Of a DNA stretch of 64,000 bases, positions 25,001 through 38,400 are shown piece after piece. Positions within the stretch are counted from its first letter, which is position 1, and each line of letters begins with the position of its first letter. The stretch comes from Macrostomum lignano (Eukaryota), in the NCBI GenBank assembly GCA_002269645.1, contig NIVC01000821.1, forward strand, positions 139 to 64,138, read 5' to 3'. The position numbers and the translations under genes are program-made. The notes beneath the pieces were generated by a model. The model was not told the origin of the DNA. It was given only the letters and a program-made list of their open reading frames with translations, and did not search any database.

Positions 25001-27671
25001 CGCTCGAAGCAACAATGAATTCATCACTCGGTTGGCAGCTCGAAATTGAGATAGAATAATGAGATAGATTTAGCTATATCTGAGCTAAGGAAATGCCGTC
25101 ACAAAGATTGGTCAGGGGTTGCAATAGGGATGTTTACCGCTCAGCTGGCAGCGATCACTCAGTGATTGGTCAGGGTTCGCGATAGGGATGTTTACAGCTC
25201 AGTTGGCAGCGATCACTCAGTGATTGGTCAGGGTTCGCGATAGGGATGTTTACAGCTCAGCTGGCAGCAATCACTCAGTGATTGGTCAGGGTTCGCGATA
25301 GGGATGTTTACAGCTCAGCTGGCAGCGATCACTCAGTGATTGGTCAGGGTTCGCGATAGGGATGTTTACAGCTCAGCTGGCAGCGATCACTCAGTGATTG
25401 GTCAGGGTTCGCGATAGGGATGTTTACAGCTCAGCTGGCAGCAATCACTCAGTGATTGGTCAGGGTTCGCGATAGGGATGTTTACAGCTCAGCTGGCAGC
25501 GATCACTCAGTGATTGGTCAGGGTTCGCGATAGGGATGTTTACAGCTCAGCTGGCAGCAATCACTCAGTGATTGGTCAGGGTTCGCGATAGGGATGTTTA
25601 CAGCTCAGCTTGCAGCGATCACTCAGTGATTGGTCAGGGTTCGCGATAGGGATGTTTACAGCTCAGCTGGCAGCAATCACTCAGTGATTGGTCAGGGTTC
25701 GCGATAGGGATGTTTACAGCTCAGCTTGCAGCGATCACTCAGTGATTGGTCAGGGTTCGCGATAGGGATGTTTACAGCTCAGCTGGCAGCAATCACTCAG
25801 TGATTGGTCAGGGTTCGCGATAGGGATGTTTACAGCTCAGCTGGCAGCAATCACTCAGTGATTGGTCAGGGTTCGCGATAGGGATGTTTACAGCTCAGCT
25901 GGCAGCGATCACTCAGTAAGTGCTCGGCCAACACGGCTGCAACTCATCCCTGCATCTCGGCTACTCACTGATGCAGCCTCCGCCGCACAGCCTGGCCGGC
26001 AGTCCCGCCTCTCCGGCCGCTCCGAGCGCCAGTCCCGGCCTGACGCAGGCCTGCAAATGAGATGGGGATGAGGAGGAGGCTGAGCATGACTTCTCCATCA
26101 GGCCTGGCACGGATCCGAGTTCGGCCTCATAGAGGCTTCCCTGGGTTCGCTACAGCGACTGACTACACCTCCCTCAGTCTCCCCTGCCCTCTTCCTCTCG
26201 GCTCATCATCGCTGCAGTTTGCTCAGCATCCTCCCTCAGTCTCCGTTTGCCTGGGGTTTTCTGTTACGGAAAGTCGATCTGTTTGAGAGAAGAGAAAACG
26301 TACAGGATTGCAGCAGCTTTGTTCTTCGGCGCTCGCAGAAGCTCGCCGATGAAGCAGGGGAGTAGCGCACGGGAAATTATCCCGAATCCCACATCCCGGC
26401 TGTGCCGGAAGGCCCTCTTCGGCTGGGGATCGCAAAAGTGCGTTCGACGGCCCACGCGTCGGCTCGCACTGTTCCTACGGCCCGAGTTGCAGGGAGGTGG
26501 CGGATACTCTTTAAACCACTCTCTAGTTCTGTGCCTCATCCCTCACTGCGCAAAGACAAGCATAAAAGTATTAGCAAGAGCCAAGTAATTCTTTGAAAGA
26601 GGATGCAGCAAAAGGAAAAATCATGGAAGATCTACTCGTATACAAAAAGGCCGATGCTTGCCATCAGGGCATGCCTGGTCTAGTTTGACTACAATAGATT
26701 GACCACTTTATTCCTGACCCCCAAATGGCGAGCTGCATTATAGGCATCTAAGGCTCGAATAGCTACAAGATTGCTATTAAGTCGTATGTTGGTAAAGGAT
26801 CTGGTACCCCGCTAATGCATTTGTGCCGAAGAGCCGTTTTCACCAAAGCTGTTTCTATTTTTACCAGCAAAGTTCTTGCAGGGCGATCAGCCGCGTGGCC
26901 GCGGAACTCACGGAGATTCCAAAGCCGGCCAGAGCGGCAGCCGCGGTCAGCTGGTAGGCCCTGACGGGCCAGGGGAGGCGCAGATACAGCTGCTCGCTGT
27001 GCCCCAAGATCTGGCTGAGCTTCGACCGGTGCACGTCGCCGTCGTCCGTCTCGCCAACACCAAGCAGCTTCCGGGTTTTCAGTCGGCTCTGCAGATCGCC
27101 GCAGCTGTCTTTCCTGAGCGGCAGGTTGGGGGGAGTCCGGCTTTCAGGTAGGCGTCAAACTCAGAACACTGGAGTGAGGTCAAGTCAGTCACGCCACTGC
27201 ACAGCCATAATCAGCAAACCACTGCTCAGCAGCAAGAAATAAATTCAGGTTTTGACAGGCCACCTGTTCGAAGGCCGAGCAGCAGGTTGCCCCCGCAGGT
27301 GCACCGACTGCAGCTATAGAAGACTAATTATAACCTTTGCAGGAGATGCTTTCAGTTGAGTTGCATGGCTCCGCTTTGCTCAAGGATATTATTATTGAAT
27401 GCTGCATTGACTGCAGCAAGGTGACTCGCAGAGCATTGACTCATGCAATAGGCAGGCTGTTTAACTAATTAAAATCTTGGAATGCAAACTCTTGGAATTT
27501 TACGAAACAGGATGCAAAAGATGATGAAGCAAAGCCTCACTTCTCCAGCTTCCGTATTCCCGCCAGACGGTTTGATGAGGCTGGTGATGATGCGGCAGGA
27601 ACTGATGATTTCTCATCCCTCTCAGATTTCTCCAGCCTCCCCTGCTGCTCAGAAGACGGTCCCGAGTCCAT
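22062..27671 (-). CDS. TP53I11: TP53I11 homologue, mirror copy
   Basis: Exons 27671-27541, 27113-26912, 26050-25969, 24587-24486, 22315-22062. Same lengths as the left copy; a compensating +1/-1 pair in the last exon changes about 9 codons. Confidence 0.9.
22404..22873 (-). repeat. 33-bp G-rich minisatellite, mirror copy
   Basis: Reverse complement of 20177-20646. Confidence 0.95.
23405..24339. repeat. Composite CTCAGCCCC minisatellite, mirror copy
   Basis: Reverse complement of 18712-19645, 2 bp longer in homopolymer runs. Confidence 0.95.
25107..25918. repeat. 58-bp VNTR x14, mirror copy
   Basis: Same copy number and same order of unit variants as the left array. Confidence 0.98.
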
Positions 27672-29223
27672 TGCCCAGACTTGTTGATGAAGAGGTCTGT
27701 TTGACTTCACCGCACCGAGTCTCTCCGAGTCTCCTGTGCCTTTCAACTTTAATCAGTGCAGGCCCTGACTTAAGGCGTGGGGAGACAGAGGGAGCGGGGA
27801 AGACGGGAAGCAACTGGGTGGACGGTGGGCAGGGGAGGCGAGGAAGGGATCGAATGGGGATTTGCTGCACAGCTGCAGTGCTCAAAGTGCTGGATCTGGC
27901 CACTCTCACCTAGAAGCTTATGGAAAACAATGCCAGTCAGGAACCCCCGAGTTGCTTGAGCTCGCACTCTGTGAAGCAGGAAGTGTGGCCCCCTAGTTAG
28001 ACAGCGCTTCAAGCATTTTCCAGTCCACAGAAGATTAAAGCAGAGCATTAGCGGCTTGCCGGAGAAAGGCGGGAGACAGGCGGGTGTACAGTTGCATCGC
28101 AAGGCAAAACCTCAAAGCAGTGAAGGATGAGAGGACAGCCTGAGCAGGAGAGCAATGGGGGAGCCTGCACGAGGGTCGCACTGGCTAAAAACCCCGGGAG
28201 CCAACTCGTGGCGCGAGCAAAATGCACTTCGGCCAATAGATTCTCCCCTAGCAGAAGCTAATCACTAGACTAGCAATCACCAAGGACGGCAATTTATCCC
28301 TGAAACCCTCGCTTGACAAGAGGATAGGAGCCCGTAAAATTAAAATTAGTACCCTACAAGACGAAGTGCTGAAGGTTCGGTGAAATCCATGCAGACGCAA
28401 TTTCTAAGAAGCCCAGCGCCAATTCGATACTCGGCCAGACTCGCCGAACAAACTCAGGGCTGAAAATCAGCCCCAACCAGTTTTACTGCGGCATTCAGCC
28501 AATTGTCTACTGTTAGTAGTTTGACTGACAAAGATGCAAACTGCTCGTCAAACTTTCACAGCTGACCAAATCAGTGCGGTTGAATTAGCTGAAAATTTAA
28601 CTGCTATCAGCACTAATTGGGCCAGCTGGAGTTTCCAGTCCCTGACAAATGGCATCAAGTACGCTCGCACTCAGCGGTCAAGCATAGAGTTTGTAGCCTC
28701 CACATCTATCTATATGAGGCGGTTCATTGTCGCTTGTTAGAAGAGGGTCTGAGGGGTGCTGAGTGAGCTGAGTTGACCAGCAGAATGAGGTCAGGGCTGA
28801 GAGGCACTTTGCCTTGCGACTGATTCTACACCCTTTCCCTTGATAGACATTCTCTCCGCCGCTTGAGTGGAAGACTTTACATTGTCCTGTGGTCATTGTG
28901 ACCAGAATCCACTGCGCCGCTGTGCTGCCAGTGTGCACCGCGCTGCCGTGCAGCTCTGATGCAGAAGAATGCTTTGCTCAGGGCGTGTCTCTCTCTCTGC
29001 GTGGGGGCCCCGTGTGCGGCTGGGGCCTCGCATTTCTTCACTGTCTTAGTTCGCTATAAAAATTGCACATTCGCCATTTCTTCTGCCTGTTTTAAATCTG
29101 CTCGCAGCTGCTTTCTGACGTCAGCTGAGTTTTAAATTGGCAGCTCAAGTCCGTGACATCAGCGACAGCCAGCACTTCTGCAGTTGCAGTTCCCTGAGCT
29201 GCGTCCGTCGGCATCAGTTCAAC

Positions 29224-32200
29224 ATGTTGAGTCGTCTGTTGGACGCAACGCCATTTCGTAAGTGCAGCAGCAAAGTGCCTTAGAAAAATTTGCTGTAAAA
29301 TATCCAACTCTGCTGGACTCGAGCAGCCAAGGGCTCGACCTAATCTTTATTCCTAATCTTTAAAAATGTCCCTCTGAGTATTTGTCATTGCGCTGAAGGT
29401 CTCGAAGGTCCGTTGTCCAAGCGATGATGATAGACCATCGGTTCAGATCCGAACCCGTGTATGAGCTAGCTTTGACACCTTAGAAGACTTATCCGAATTC
29501 TTTAGCTGAACAAAATTTTCTAATAAAAATCTCACGTTTATTAAAGGAATCATTGACCATCGCTAGCATCTGAGTATTGTAGAATTGAAAGTTGCTTGAA
29601 CCAAACTAAGGATTACTCGGAACATTTCACTGTATTGTGTCTGCATTCAGAAGGGAAACTTTTTAAATGTTGGAAAAACTAGTGAGTGCTGTAACCGCTA
29701 CAGCCCAAATGTTGCCGATAGTGGCAAATCATTTACGAATCATGTACGAATCATGTACGAATCATGTACGGTCCAAATGGCTCGCAGGTCGTCCCCGGCC
29801 GCCGGAGGAAGCGCAGCTGGAGGAATCTGACGGTTCGGAGGCAGAGGCGGACGCTGCGGAAGAAGAGGAATTCAGAGATTCCGCAGACGAAATTTCGCTG
29901 GACGAAGAGGAGGCGGAGGCTGCCCGACAAAAGCTGGGCTCCTTGGACTTCCGCCAAAACGAACTTATGGACGGCGATCAGGTTTCACTTGACGACAACG
30001 CCAGCGCCTTCAGTGGCAGCGGACTGGATGAAGCAATGGATGAAGAGGCGTCTGCAGTGGCCTTCGCAGCCTGGGAGTCGAGGGACCGACAGCCTCTGCT
30101 GGCGGCTGCGGCGGCTGCGGCGAGCGACACGAGCGGTGACATCGATCTAGAGGAGGATGACAACGAGGAGGAAGAAGACTTCGCCCCTCGCTTTGGTGGC
30201 GGCGACTTTATCGGCAGCTACCGTGGTGGCTTCAGCAGCGGCCTCGGCGGCGGATTCTCCGGTCCTGCAGGCGTTTTCAACCCGGGCTTCGTTGATGACG
30301 AGATCGGAGGGATGGGGGCGGCAGCAGGCGCAGAGGCTGACGATGAAGAGCAGTTCCCAGATGGCGAGGAAAATTTTGACGAGGCGGAGGAGTACCAAGA
30401 AGACGAGGAGGAGGAGGAATACGATGAAGATGGCGACGCGGACTTTGAGGGGGAAGACGAGGACGACGACGAGGATGAGGGCTGCTTCGGGGCGGATGCG
30501 ATTTCAGCTGGTGCTGGAACCAGTCTGGTATGGGTCCACAGAGGGTTCTTTATCACGGATTGCACGCATGTCCCCATTGTGCACATGTCCCATCGCTCAT
30601 ACGAGCCGCATGTCCGCTAATAGCACAGATCCAAAATCGCAAGCATAACCGCAACTTAACTTCCTTCAGAACGAGGCGCCAGCCCAGCGGCCAATGCCAA
30701 AAATCGTTGGGTATCTGGAAGCCGAGATGAAGCACGAGGCCAAAAGCCAGAGTCTCAACGTGCGCATTCTGCAGGTGGAGCTGAAAATGGCACTCACAAA
30801 GTTTCGCCGCAAAAGCAACAAGAAGATGCGCTGGTCGATGCTGCAAGTCTGCGCCACACTGCTCCCTGACAAAGTGCTCACTTTCCGCACTCCCATGGTG
30901 GAGCACGAGGACCCGAAGAAAAAGAAGCTTCAGACTCTGACGGCAGCCACCGCCGCTGCAGAAGCCCGAGACAAAGAGGGCGAGGTGGACAAGAGTAAGG
31001 ACGGCGGCCAGGACAAGGAAAAGAAGTCTAAGGACAAGGACAAGAAGAAGGACAAGAAAAAGGATGAGGCTACAAAAGCCGAGGCCGGCAAGTCGGGCAA
31101 TACAGCAAAGCAGGCGGTGAAGATCGGCAAGCTGAGCATCCCAAGGCTGCCTGGCAAGTCTAAGCCCAAAGAAGAGGTCGCGGCGGGCGCCGCAGCGGAG
31201 AGGAACAGCAAGAAGTCGGTGCTGGCGGGCATCGCGGCGCGGAAGGCGGCGCAGCAGCAGCAGCAGCAGGAGCGGCGGGAGCAGCACCGGCAGCAGCAGC
31301 TGGCCATGAAGGAGCGGCAGAGGCAGGAGCGGCTGAAGCGGCGGCAGGTGGCGGCGGATGCCAATAAGCCAATGGACGAGCCGCTGAAGGACGTGACGAA
31401 GTTCGGGAAGGAGGAGACCGAAGAGGAGAAGGCAGCCAAGAAGGCGGGCTTGAAGCAGCCACAGGAGGACGACGACAAGGATTTGTTCAAATTTGCACCG
31501 ATCTCTAAAGGTGAGAACTGAGTGCTCCTGGCGTCAGGGACTGGGCAGTCTTAACAGTAGAAAGACTTTGGGGGTGTATTTCAAATACACATTTTTCTTT
31601 GACAATACACACATTTGAAATACACACATATACACACATTTGCTGGAACTAGAGCAATGCAGGTTTGAAATCCAGTATTTGGGAGCTGGGACAGGGGCAG
31701 TGCGGATTTGGGAGCTTGTTCAGCACACCTTACAATAAAAAAGAGCAAACAATCCACTCTGCAGAGAAGAACCTAGTCAAGAACCCTCAGCAAGCGCTGG
31801 CCATTCGTTTCCGGCTGTATGGTTGCTGGCGAAAGAAGCGTAGCTTTCTGCTCGGTGAAAACACATTTGCTCTGGAGAAGATGGCGGAGGCGCTGCAGAC
31901 CTCAGACAAGGTGAGACAGAACCGCTTCCGGCTGCAGCTGGAGGAGCGCCGGTTCGCAATTTCCAAGGTGAGGCAGAGGAAAATCCTGCTAGAATGTTTT
32001 TACACGCGAGTAAAAAAGCGTTTTACCGTGCTGACTTGATCCTTAAATTTTGAATTGCAGCTGAAGCATCTGTCAGACTCTGATGTGAGTTCTATACCAA
32101 AGAAAATTGCATTTTTACAAAGCTTTTTGCGGTAGTTACATGTATAGCTTGAATTTCCCCACAATGCAAAGCCAAGGGTCCTGCTGGTGGTCCTTTTGCG

Positions 32201-33296
32201 AAGCCAGTGTGATGGCAATTTACCACTGAGCACACAATAGCGATGCCTACTGCCTGTCTTGGGAAGTAGCCTTTTATGAGCTACCATGTAAATTAAAAAA
32301 CTCACAGATCAGCAATCGTGCGCGAGCCCCAAATTAAGGAATTGTCGGCGCAAAGCTCGGGTGCCGCTCCACCACTCCTGGCTCTTAAATTTGAGATTGA
32401 AGCGTAGATTGTAAAGCCCCGAGACTTCCAGCTGAATCCCTAGCGGTTCAAGGACACACTGAATGTCAGGATAAAGGCAGAACCGGAAGCCAATTGTTTT
32501 TGTTGCAGGAAGAGCTTGAGCAGCAAAAGGCGTCTGCCAAGGCGCAGAAGAAGTCGGCAAAGGATTCGGTCGACGCGCTGCTGCTGCCGCCTCCAACGGA
32601 GGGCCCGGCACTGGTGAGCCAGCCAGAGCTGTTCCTGGGCCTGGCGTACAACCAGGTGAACGGCCACCTCCAAGTGGCCATTGTGAAGGCCTGCAACCTG
32701 CGAAACCCGAAGTCGGACCGGCCTCCGAGTGAGTTGTTGATAGATATATTGACCAACATCTTCTGTAATTTCGATGGCACAAGTTGATGCCAGCTCTAAT
32801 GCTGATCGGTTGTGGAGCTTTTAACAGGCAATTCACAAAAACACGCGCCGTCCATCCCGCAGCCGCGTTCACGAAGGTGCAGCTGCTGTGGGGTCTCAGC
32901 AAGGATAGCCCCGTGTTGTTCCGCTCCAAGACGCTGTCCATCCCGTATAGCCCCAACCCGGAGTGGTACGAAACTTTTGAGTATCCGGTGAGCCGCGCCC
33001 ACCTTGACGACGTCTCCGTGATGGTGAAGGTGTACTGCAAGCACACCCTGAGCCGAACAGTCACTATTGGCTGGTGCTCGGTCGGTAAGTACAGCTGGGC
33101 CTACTGCAAAATAGCATTGGTTCAGCCGTCATGAAGCCACATGAACACCTTGCCCTCAGGCCGGAACAACTGCAGCGAAGAGGCTCTGGATCACTGGGGC
33201 GACATGCGCGACTCAAAAGGCGAACAGATCTGCAACTGGCACGTGCTGCTCAAGGTCAGCAAGGAGAAGACCGAGGGACAGCTGGACAGCGACTGA
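29224..33296 (+). CDS. Synaptotagmin-14/16-like tandem-C2 protein (Ca2+-independent type), ~798 aa model
   Basis: Exons 29224-29257 (tentative start MLSRLLDATPF), 29788-30527 (acidic), 30670-31510, 31765-31967, 32509-32728, 32863-33084, 33160-33296; phases consistent. [31 protein letters not shown] and EEALDHWGDMRDSKGEQICNWHVLL match recalled SYT14/16 ([50 protein letters not shown]). The 5' exons are less certain than the C2 exons. Confidence 0.85.
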
Positions 33297-34973
33297 AGCC
33301 GCCATGCAGCTCAGAGTCGCTTTTGAGACCGCCTGACTGAGGGGAATACAAGCTAAGTCTACCTGGGAAGCAAAAAGCCAATCTGCAGCGCTCCCTGAAG
33401 TTACGAGGCGCTACACTAAAATGCCCAGGGAGTTTAAAATCTTTTCCGAGATGTTCGACGGTATTTTGCTATTGCGTTTCTAATGCGACTCTGAGGCGCC
33501 TCCAGAGCTCAAGCAGACAGAGAATAAAGTGTTTAAAATGCCGCTTAAATGCCCAAACTGTCTACCCAAAAGAAACCCGACAGCAATCACAAAAGACTCG
33601 ATTGCATTTTGCTGTACAACGGAAATAACTAAAAGCAAACAATCACAACACAATGCAAATAAGGCCGGGGTCCCCATAACTTTCCCTGAATATGCAGTGT
33701 AGCATCGGTGAGTGAATTTTCCCCCAAGTTGCAAGGTATAACCCAGGCAGAAGTAAAATACTTGTACAAAATGCAGTTCCGCATAGCTGATAACGTACCC
33801 GCGTAATAAAAATTTTCCCTGTAATATGCGCGCTTAAATAAACCGGCAAATCTACTTGTCCCTCGTAATTAGCAACGCAGCAATTACAAAAGGGCTGACT
33901 GTGTGAATTTTAATTTGGCATTGAGCCACCAAAGCGCAAGGACCTCTAGCTAAGATGCAGCACGGATTAAGTCTTCAAAAAAGCAGCGCGAGCATTTCTG
34001 GAAGAACACAGACTGCGCCAAGCCTATCAGAATGCTTTCTGGCTGAACTGGCGCCTAAAAGTTTTATATTTAATCAGAATACAAATCAAACGAACGAAGC
34101 CTAAGTACGCTAATTACTACTTTCAGTAGGGTTTATTTACTGATATAAGAAAAAACTGCAAGGGCTTTTTTATCATGGGATAAGAAACACTGGACACAAC
34201 AAATACAAGTCAGCGTTCGAACGATCCATCGAAAGAGAAATTAAAAGTGCACGAACTGCTAAGTCAGGTAGACAGAGAAAACGCTTTGGAGACATCACTA
34301 CTGTAACAATGGGGTGCAGCAAAATACAGAAATTCTATAAACTCTTCTAAATTCGAAAACTCGCCCACAGCCAGCCATAAAACGAATCCCCAATTGTCTG
34401 CAGCAATGGCTGAATAGCTGGAATGCCAGCGCCTTGCAGTAGCGGCTATGGGCGAGCAGAACACAAAAGCTGGCAATGCAGTTTGCAAACACGCAAGCAG
34501 GTGCAAAAGAGTTTGCAGTCTCAGATTACAGGCAGTTACTCTCAGTAGCGAGTCAGATGTAAGCAGATACAAGAATGAAATCGTTGTGGAGCCTGCAGCC
34601 TGCCACTAGCTGGTATGTGGCAAATGGAACACTTGCTCTCATCTAATTGTCATCTGGTTGAGAAGCGAAAGACAGAAGATTGCCGGTGCGATCCGAAATC
34701 AGAGGGGCCGCAACAGTGACTCGCGTGTTTCACTGGGCAGGCATCAATTGCGGGGCTGAGTCTCACTAATCAGAATGAGCATGGCAGAGTAAAAACAAGC
34801 AGATAATAAGCATTCGTATGGGCGCCCACTGTCCGTTGCCACGGTGACCACCGCAACACCTAGAAATTGAAATGGAAATAGTCTGTAGGATTGCAGATTA
34901 CCCACTGCGCAATTGCAAATCCACTATTTCAACACGGCCTCAAATACCCAGCTTAGTTGGTTTCCAACTGCTC

Positions 34974-35290
34974 TAGCACGGGTCCCAGCCACTTCAGCAC
35001 GGGTCTCAGCCACTTCAGCACGGGTCTCAGCCACTTCAGCAGGGGTCCCAGCCACTTCAGCACGGGTCTCAGCCACTTCAGCACGGGTCTCAGCCACTTC
35101 AGCAGGGGTCCCAGCCACTTCAGCACGGGTATCAGCCACTTCAGCACGGGTCTCAGCCACTTCAGCAGGGTCCCAGCCACTTCAGCACGGGTCTCAGCCA
35201 CTTCATCACGGGTCTCAGCCACTTCAGCACGGGTCCCAGCCACTTCAGCACGGGTCCCAGCCACTTCAGCACGGGTCCCAGCCACTTCTA
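34974..35290. repeat. Same 21-bp minisatellite in the right arm
   Basis: About 15 units. Confidence 0.9.
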
Positions 35291-35405
35291 TCAGGGCCTT
35301 AACTACTTTAGTGAGTGTCAGCTACTTTGGTGGGGAGTGTCAGCCGACCTCCCTCCACAACGAAACTCCCCGAGTCGATGGCTCACCGACAGAAGCTCAG
35401 GTGGG

Positions 35406-38400
35406 CTACTGTGCAGGAAAACCGGCGGCGACCTCATCAACATCGGAGAAGATGCTGCGGCTGCTAGTGGACTCCGAGTCAGGGTCCGTCGGGCCACCGA
35501 CGCCCACGCGGTCACTGCCGCCGGCCCAGGCGGTCACCAGCCGCTCGTACGACATCTTGGCGGCGCGCAGCAGGCAGAGATGGGCGCCAAACTGCAGCAG
35601 AAGGGCGCCAAAGCCGCGATAGAGGCTGACAGGCGACTCCAGGCGGACGGTGGTGACAAAGGCGTCCAGCAGGCCGGTGTGGGTGGTGCTGAGGGAGGCC
35701 ACGCCGAGGCCGGTGTCCATGTTGTCGATGAGGGTGCGGGTGCCCTGCACGCACAGCCGGTGTGTGAGGGTCTCCAGCGGGAACAGCAGCAGGTCGGAGA
35801 GCAGGGCGCCAACAAAGCTGCTGAGCAGCTCGGGGTAGAAGCGCTCGTACAGCTCGGTGTCCACCTGGGGGGGGGCAGTTGGATGACCTTGATTTGACGA
35901 ATTAGCCAGGCTTACGGATTCAAACAATTAGAAGGCACCGACAACTGACTATTAGCCAGCTGAGCACCAGGGACCTCTGAATATTTGGACTGGGAGTCCA
36001 TAATCTGACGAAGAGGTCAGCTTGAATTCCAAAATTACGCAATGAATACGGCGATAACTACATTGAGTTACTTGTACCATCACGCATGGCGATAACTACA
36101 TTGAGTTACTTGTACCATCACGCATGGCGATAACTACATTGAGTTACTTGTACCATCACGCATGGCGATAACTACATTGAGTTACTTGTACCATCACGCA
36201 TGGCGATAACTACATTGAGTTACTTGTACCATCACGCATGGCGATAACTACATTGAGTTACTTGTACCATCACGCATGGCGATAACTACATTGAGTTACT
36301 TGTACCATCACGCATGGCGATAACTACATTGAGTTACTTGTACCATCACGCATGGCGATAACTACATTGAGTTACTTGTACCATCACGCATGGCGATAAC
36401 TACATTGAGTACTTTTACCATCACACATGGCGATAACTATTCTACATTGAGTACTCTTACTATCGTGCATAGCGATAAAAGTTTTGCGAGACAAATTATA
36501 CGTAACTTTGGGAGCGATAATTCCAAGCTATGAGCTTCTATGCACCATAAAAGCTTTAAATTAGGACTATTTGCTCTTGATGAAGCGATTGTTCAAACTA
36601 CATGGCCAAGCTGAATGCCAGCTCCAACTTGCTGTCGGCATCATTTCCGCCCGCCTAATTCATCAATCCTGTGGATTAAATTCGGTACTTTGAGTCTGAT
36701 GAGGGCGACGCACTACAAAGACAGCTGACTGGCATTCCCCATACAAATACCTCACAGTAACCTTCCCGCAAACAACGCTTCACTCCTCAAAGAAGCAGAA
36801 TGGCAAGCTGGCCCTGCCACCTGGAATTCCAGGAATCGCCAGGGAATCCCAGGCTGTTGAGGATGCGGCAGAGGGACTGCAGGAGAGGCCCAGTCTCACC
36901 TCGGTGCTGCGCCCGCGGTAGCCCCTGTAGCGAGCGGCCCGGTCGGTGGAGCCGTCCCGCTCGGCCGAGCGCATCACGGCGTAGTTGGCGAGCGCCCGGA
37001 TTGCGTAGGAGGCGGCCCCCAGGCACACAACCGGCGGCACGAGCTTCCAGAACGGCAGCAGGTTAGAGGAGGCGGTCGGCGGGGTTGAGAACACCAGCAG
37101 GCGGGCCAGGCCCTCCTTCAGGCAGTCCAGGACGCCCGGACTGTCCGAGGCGATGTCCGACTGCACAGTTTCCACCAGAGAGGCTGCGTAGAATGGCGCC
37201 ACGAGAGCCCAGGTGGCGGCCTTGAGGCAAAGGTGCTGAGCCAGCTTCTTTGCGGAGCTGTGCCGGTTCACCTCTCTGGTGGTGACGGGAAATTAGTGAG
37301 TGCGCCGCTTAGAAGCTGGGCTACCAAATAATCACCGTTTCTCTTGCTGTGAACCAATCACCTGCTAAGTAAGGGTATCACCTGCTAAGTAAGGGTATCA
37401 CCTGCTAAGTAGGGTATCACCTGCTAAGTAGGGTATCACCTGCTAAGTAAGGGTATTACCTGCTAAAGGAAGGGTATCATCTGCTAAGGGAAGGGTATCA
37501 CCTGCTAAAGGAAGGGTATCATCTGTTACGGGAAGGATATCACCTGCTAAGGGAAGGGTATCACCTGCTAAGGGAAGGGTATCATCTGCTAAGTGAAGGG
37601 TATCATCTGCTAAGTGAAGGGTATCATCTGCTAAGTGAAGGGTATCATCTGCTAAGTGAAGGGTATCATCTGCTAAGTGAAGGGTATCACCTGCTAAGTG
37701 AAGGGTATCACCTGCTACTTGAAGGGTATCACCTGCTACTTAAAGGGTATCACCTGCTACTTAAAGGGTATTACCTGCTACTTGAAGGGTATCACCTGCT
37801 ACTTAAAGGGTATCACCTGCTAAGGGAAGGGTATCACCTGCTAAGGGAAGGGTATCACCTGCTAAGGGAAGGGTATCACCTGCTAAGGGAAGGGTATCAC
37901 CTGCTAGGGAAGGGTATCACCTGCTAAGGGAAGGGTATCACCTGCTAAGGGAAGGGTATCATCTGCTAAGTGAAGGGTATCACCTGCTAAGTGAAGGGTA
38001 TCACCTGCTACTTGAAGGGTATCACCTGCTACTTAAAGGGTATCACCTGCTACTTAAAGGGTATTACCTGCTACTTGAAGGGTATCACCTGCTACTTAAA
38101 GGGTATCACCTGCTAAGGGAAGGGTATCACCTGCTAAGGGAAGGGTATCACCTGCTAAGGGAAGGGTATCACCTGCTAAGGGAAGGGTATCACCTGCTAG
38201 GGAAGGGTATCACCTGCTAAGGGAAGGGTATCACCTGCTAAGGGAAGGGTATCACCTGCTAAGGGAAGGGTATCACCTGCTAAGGGAAGGGTATCACCTG
38301 CTAGGGAAGGGTATCACCTGCTAAGGGAAGGGTATCACCTGCTAGGGAAGGGTATCACCTGCTAAAATCGATCACACACATACCGACATACCATTTTTAG

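Noticed and set aside
30528-30669. Apparent frameshift between the acidic ORFs of the two arms (326 versus 317 aa)
   Set aside because: The indel lies in a phase-0 GT-AG intron (CTG|GTATGG ... TTCAG|AAC); the spliced frames are the same.
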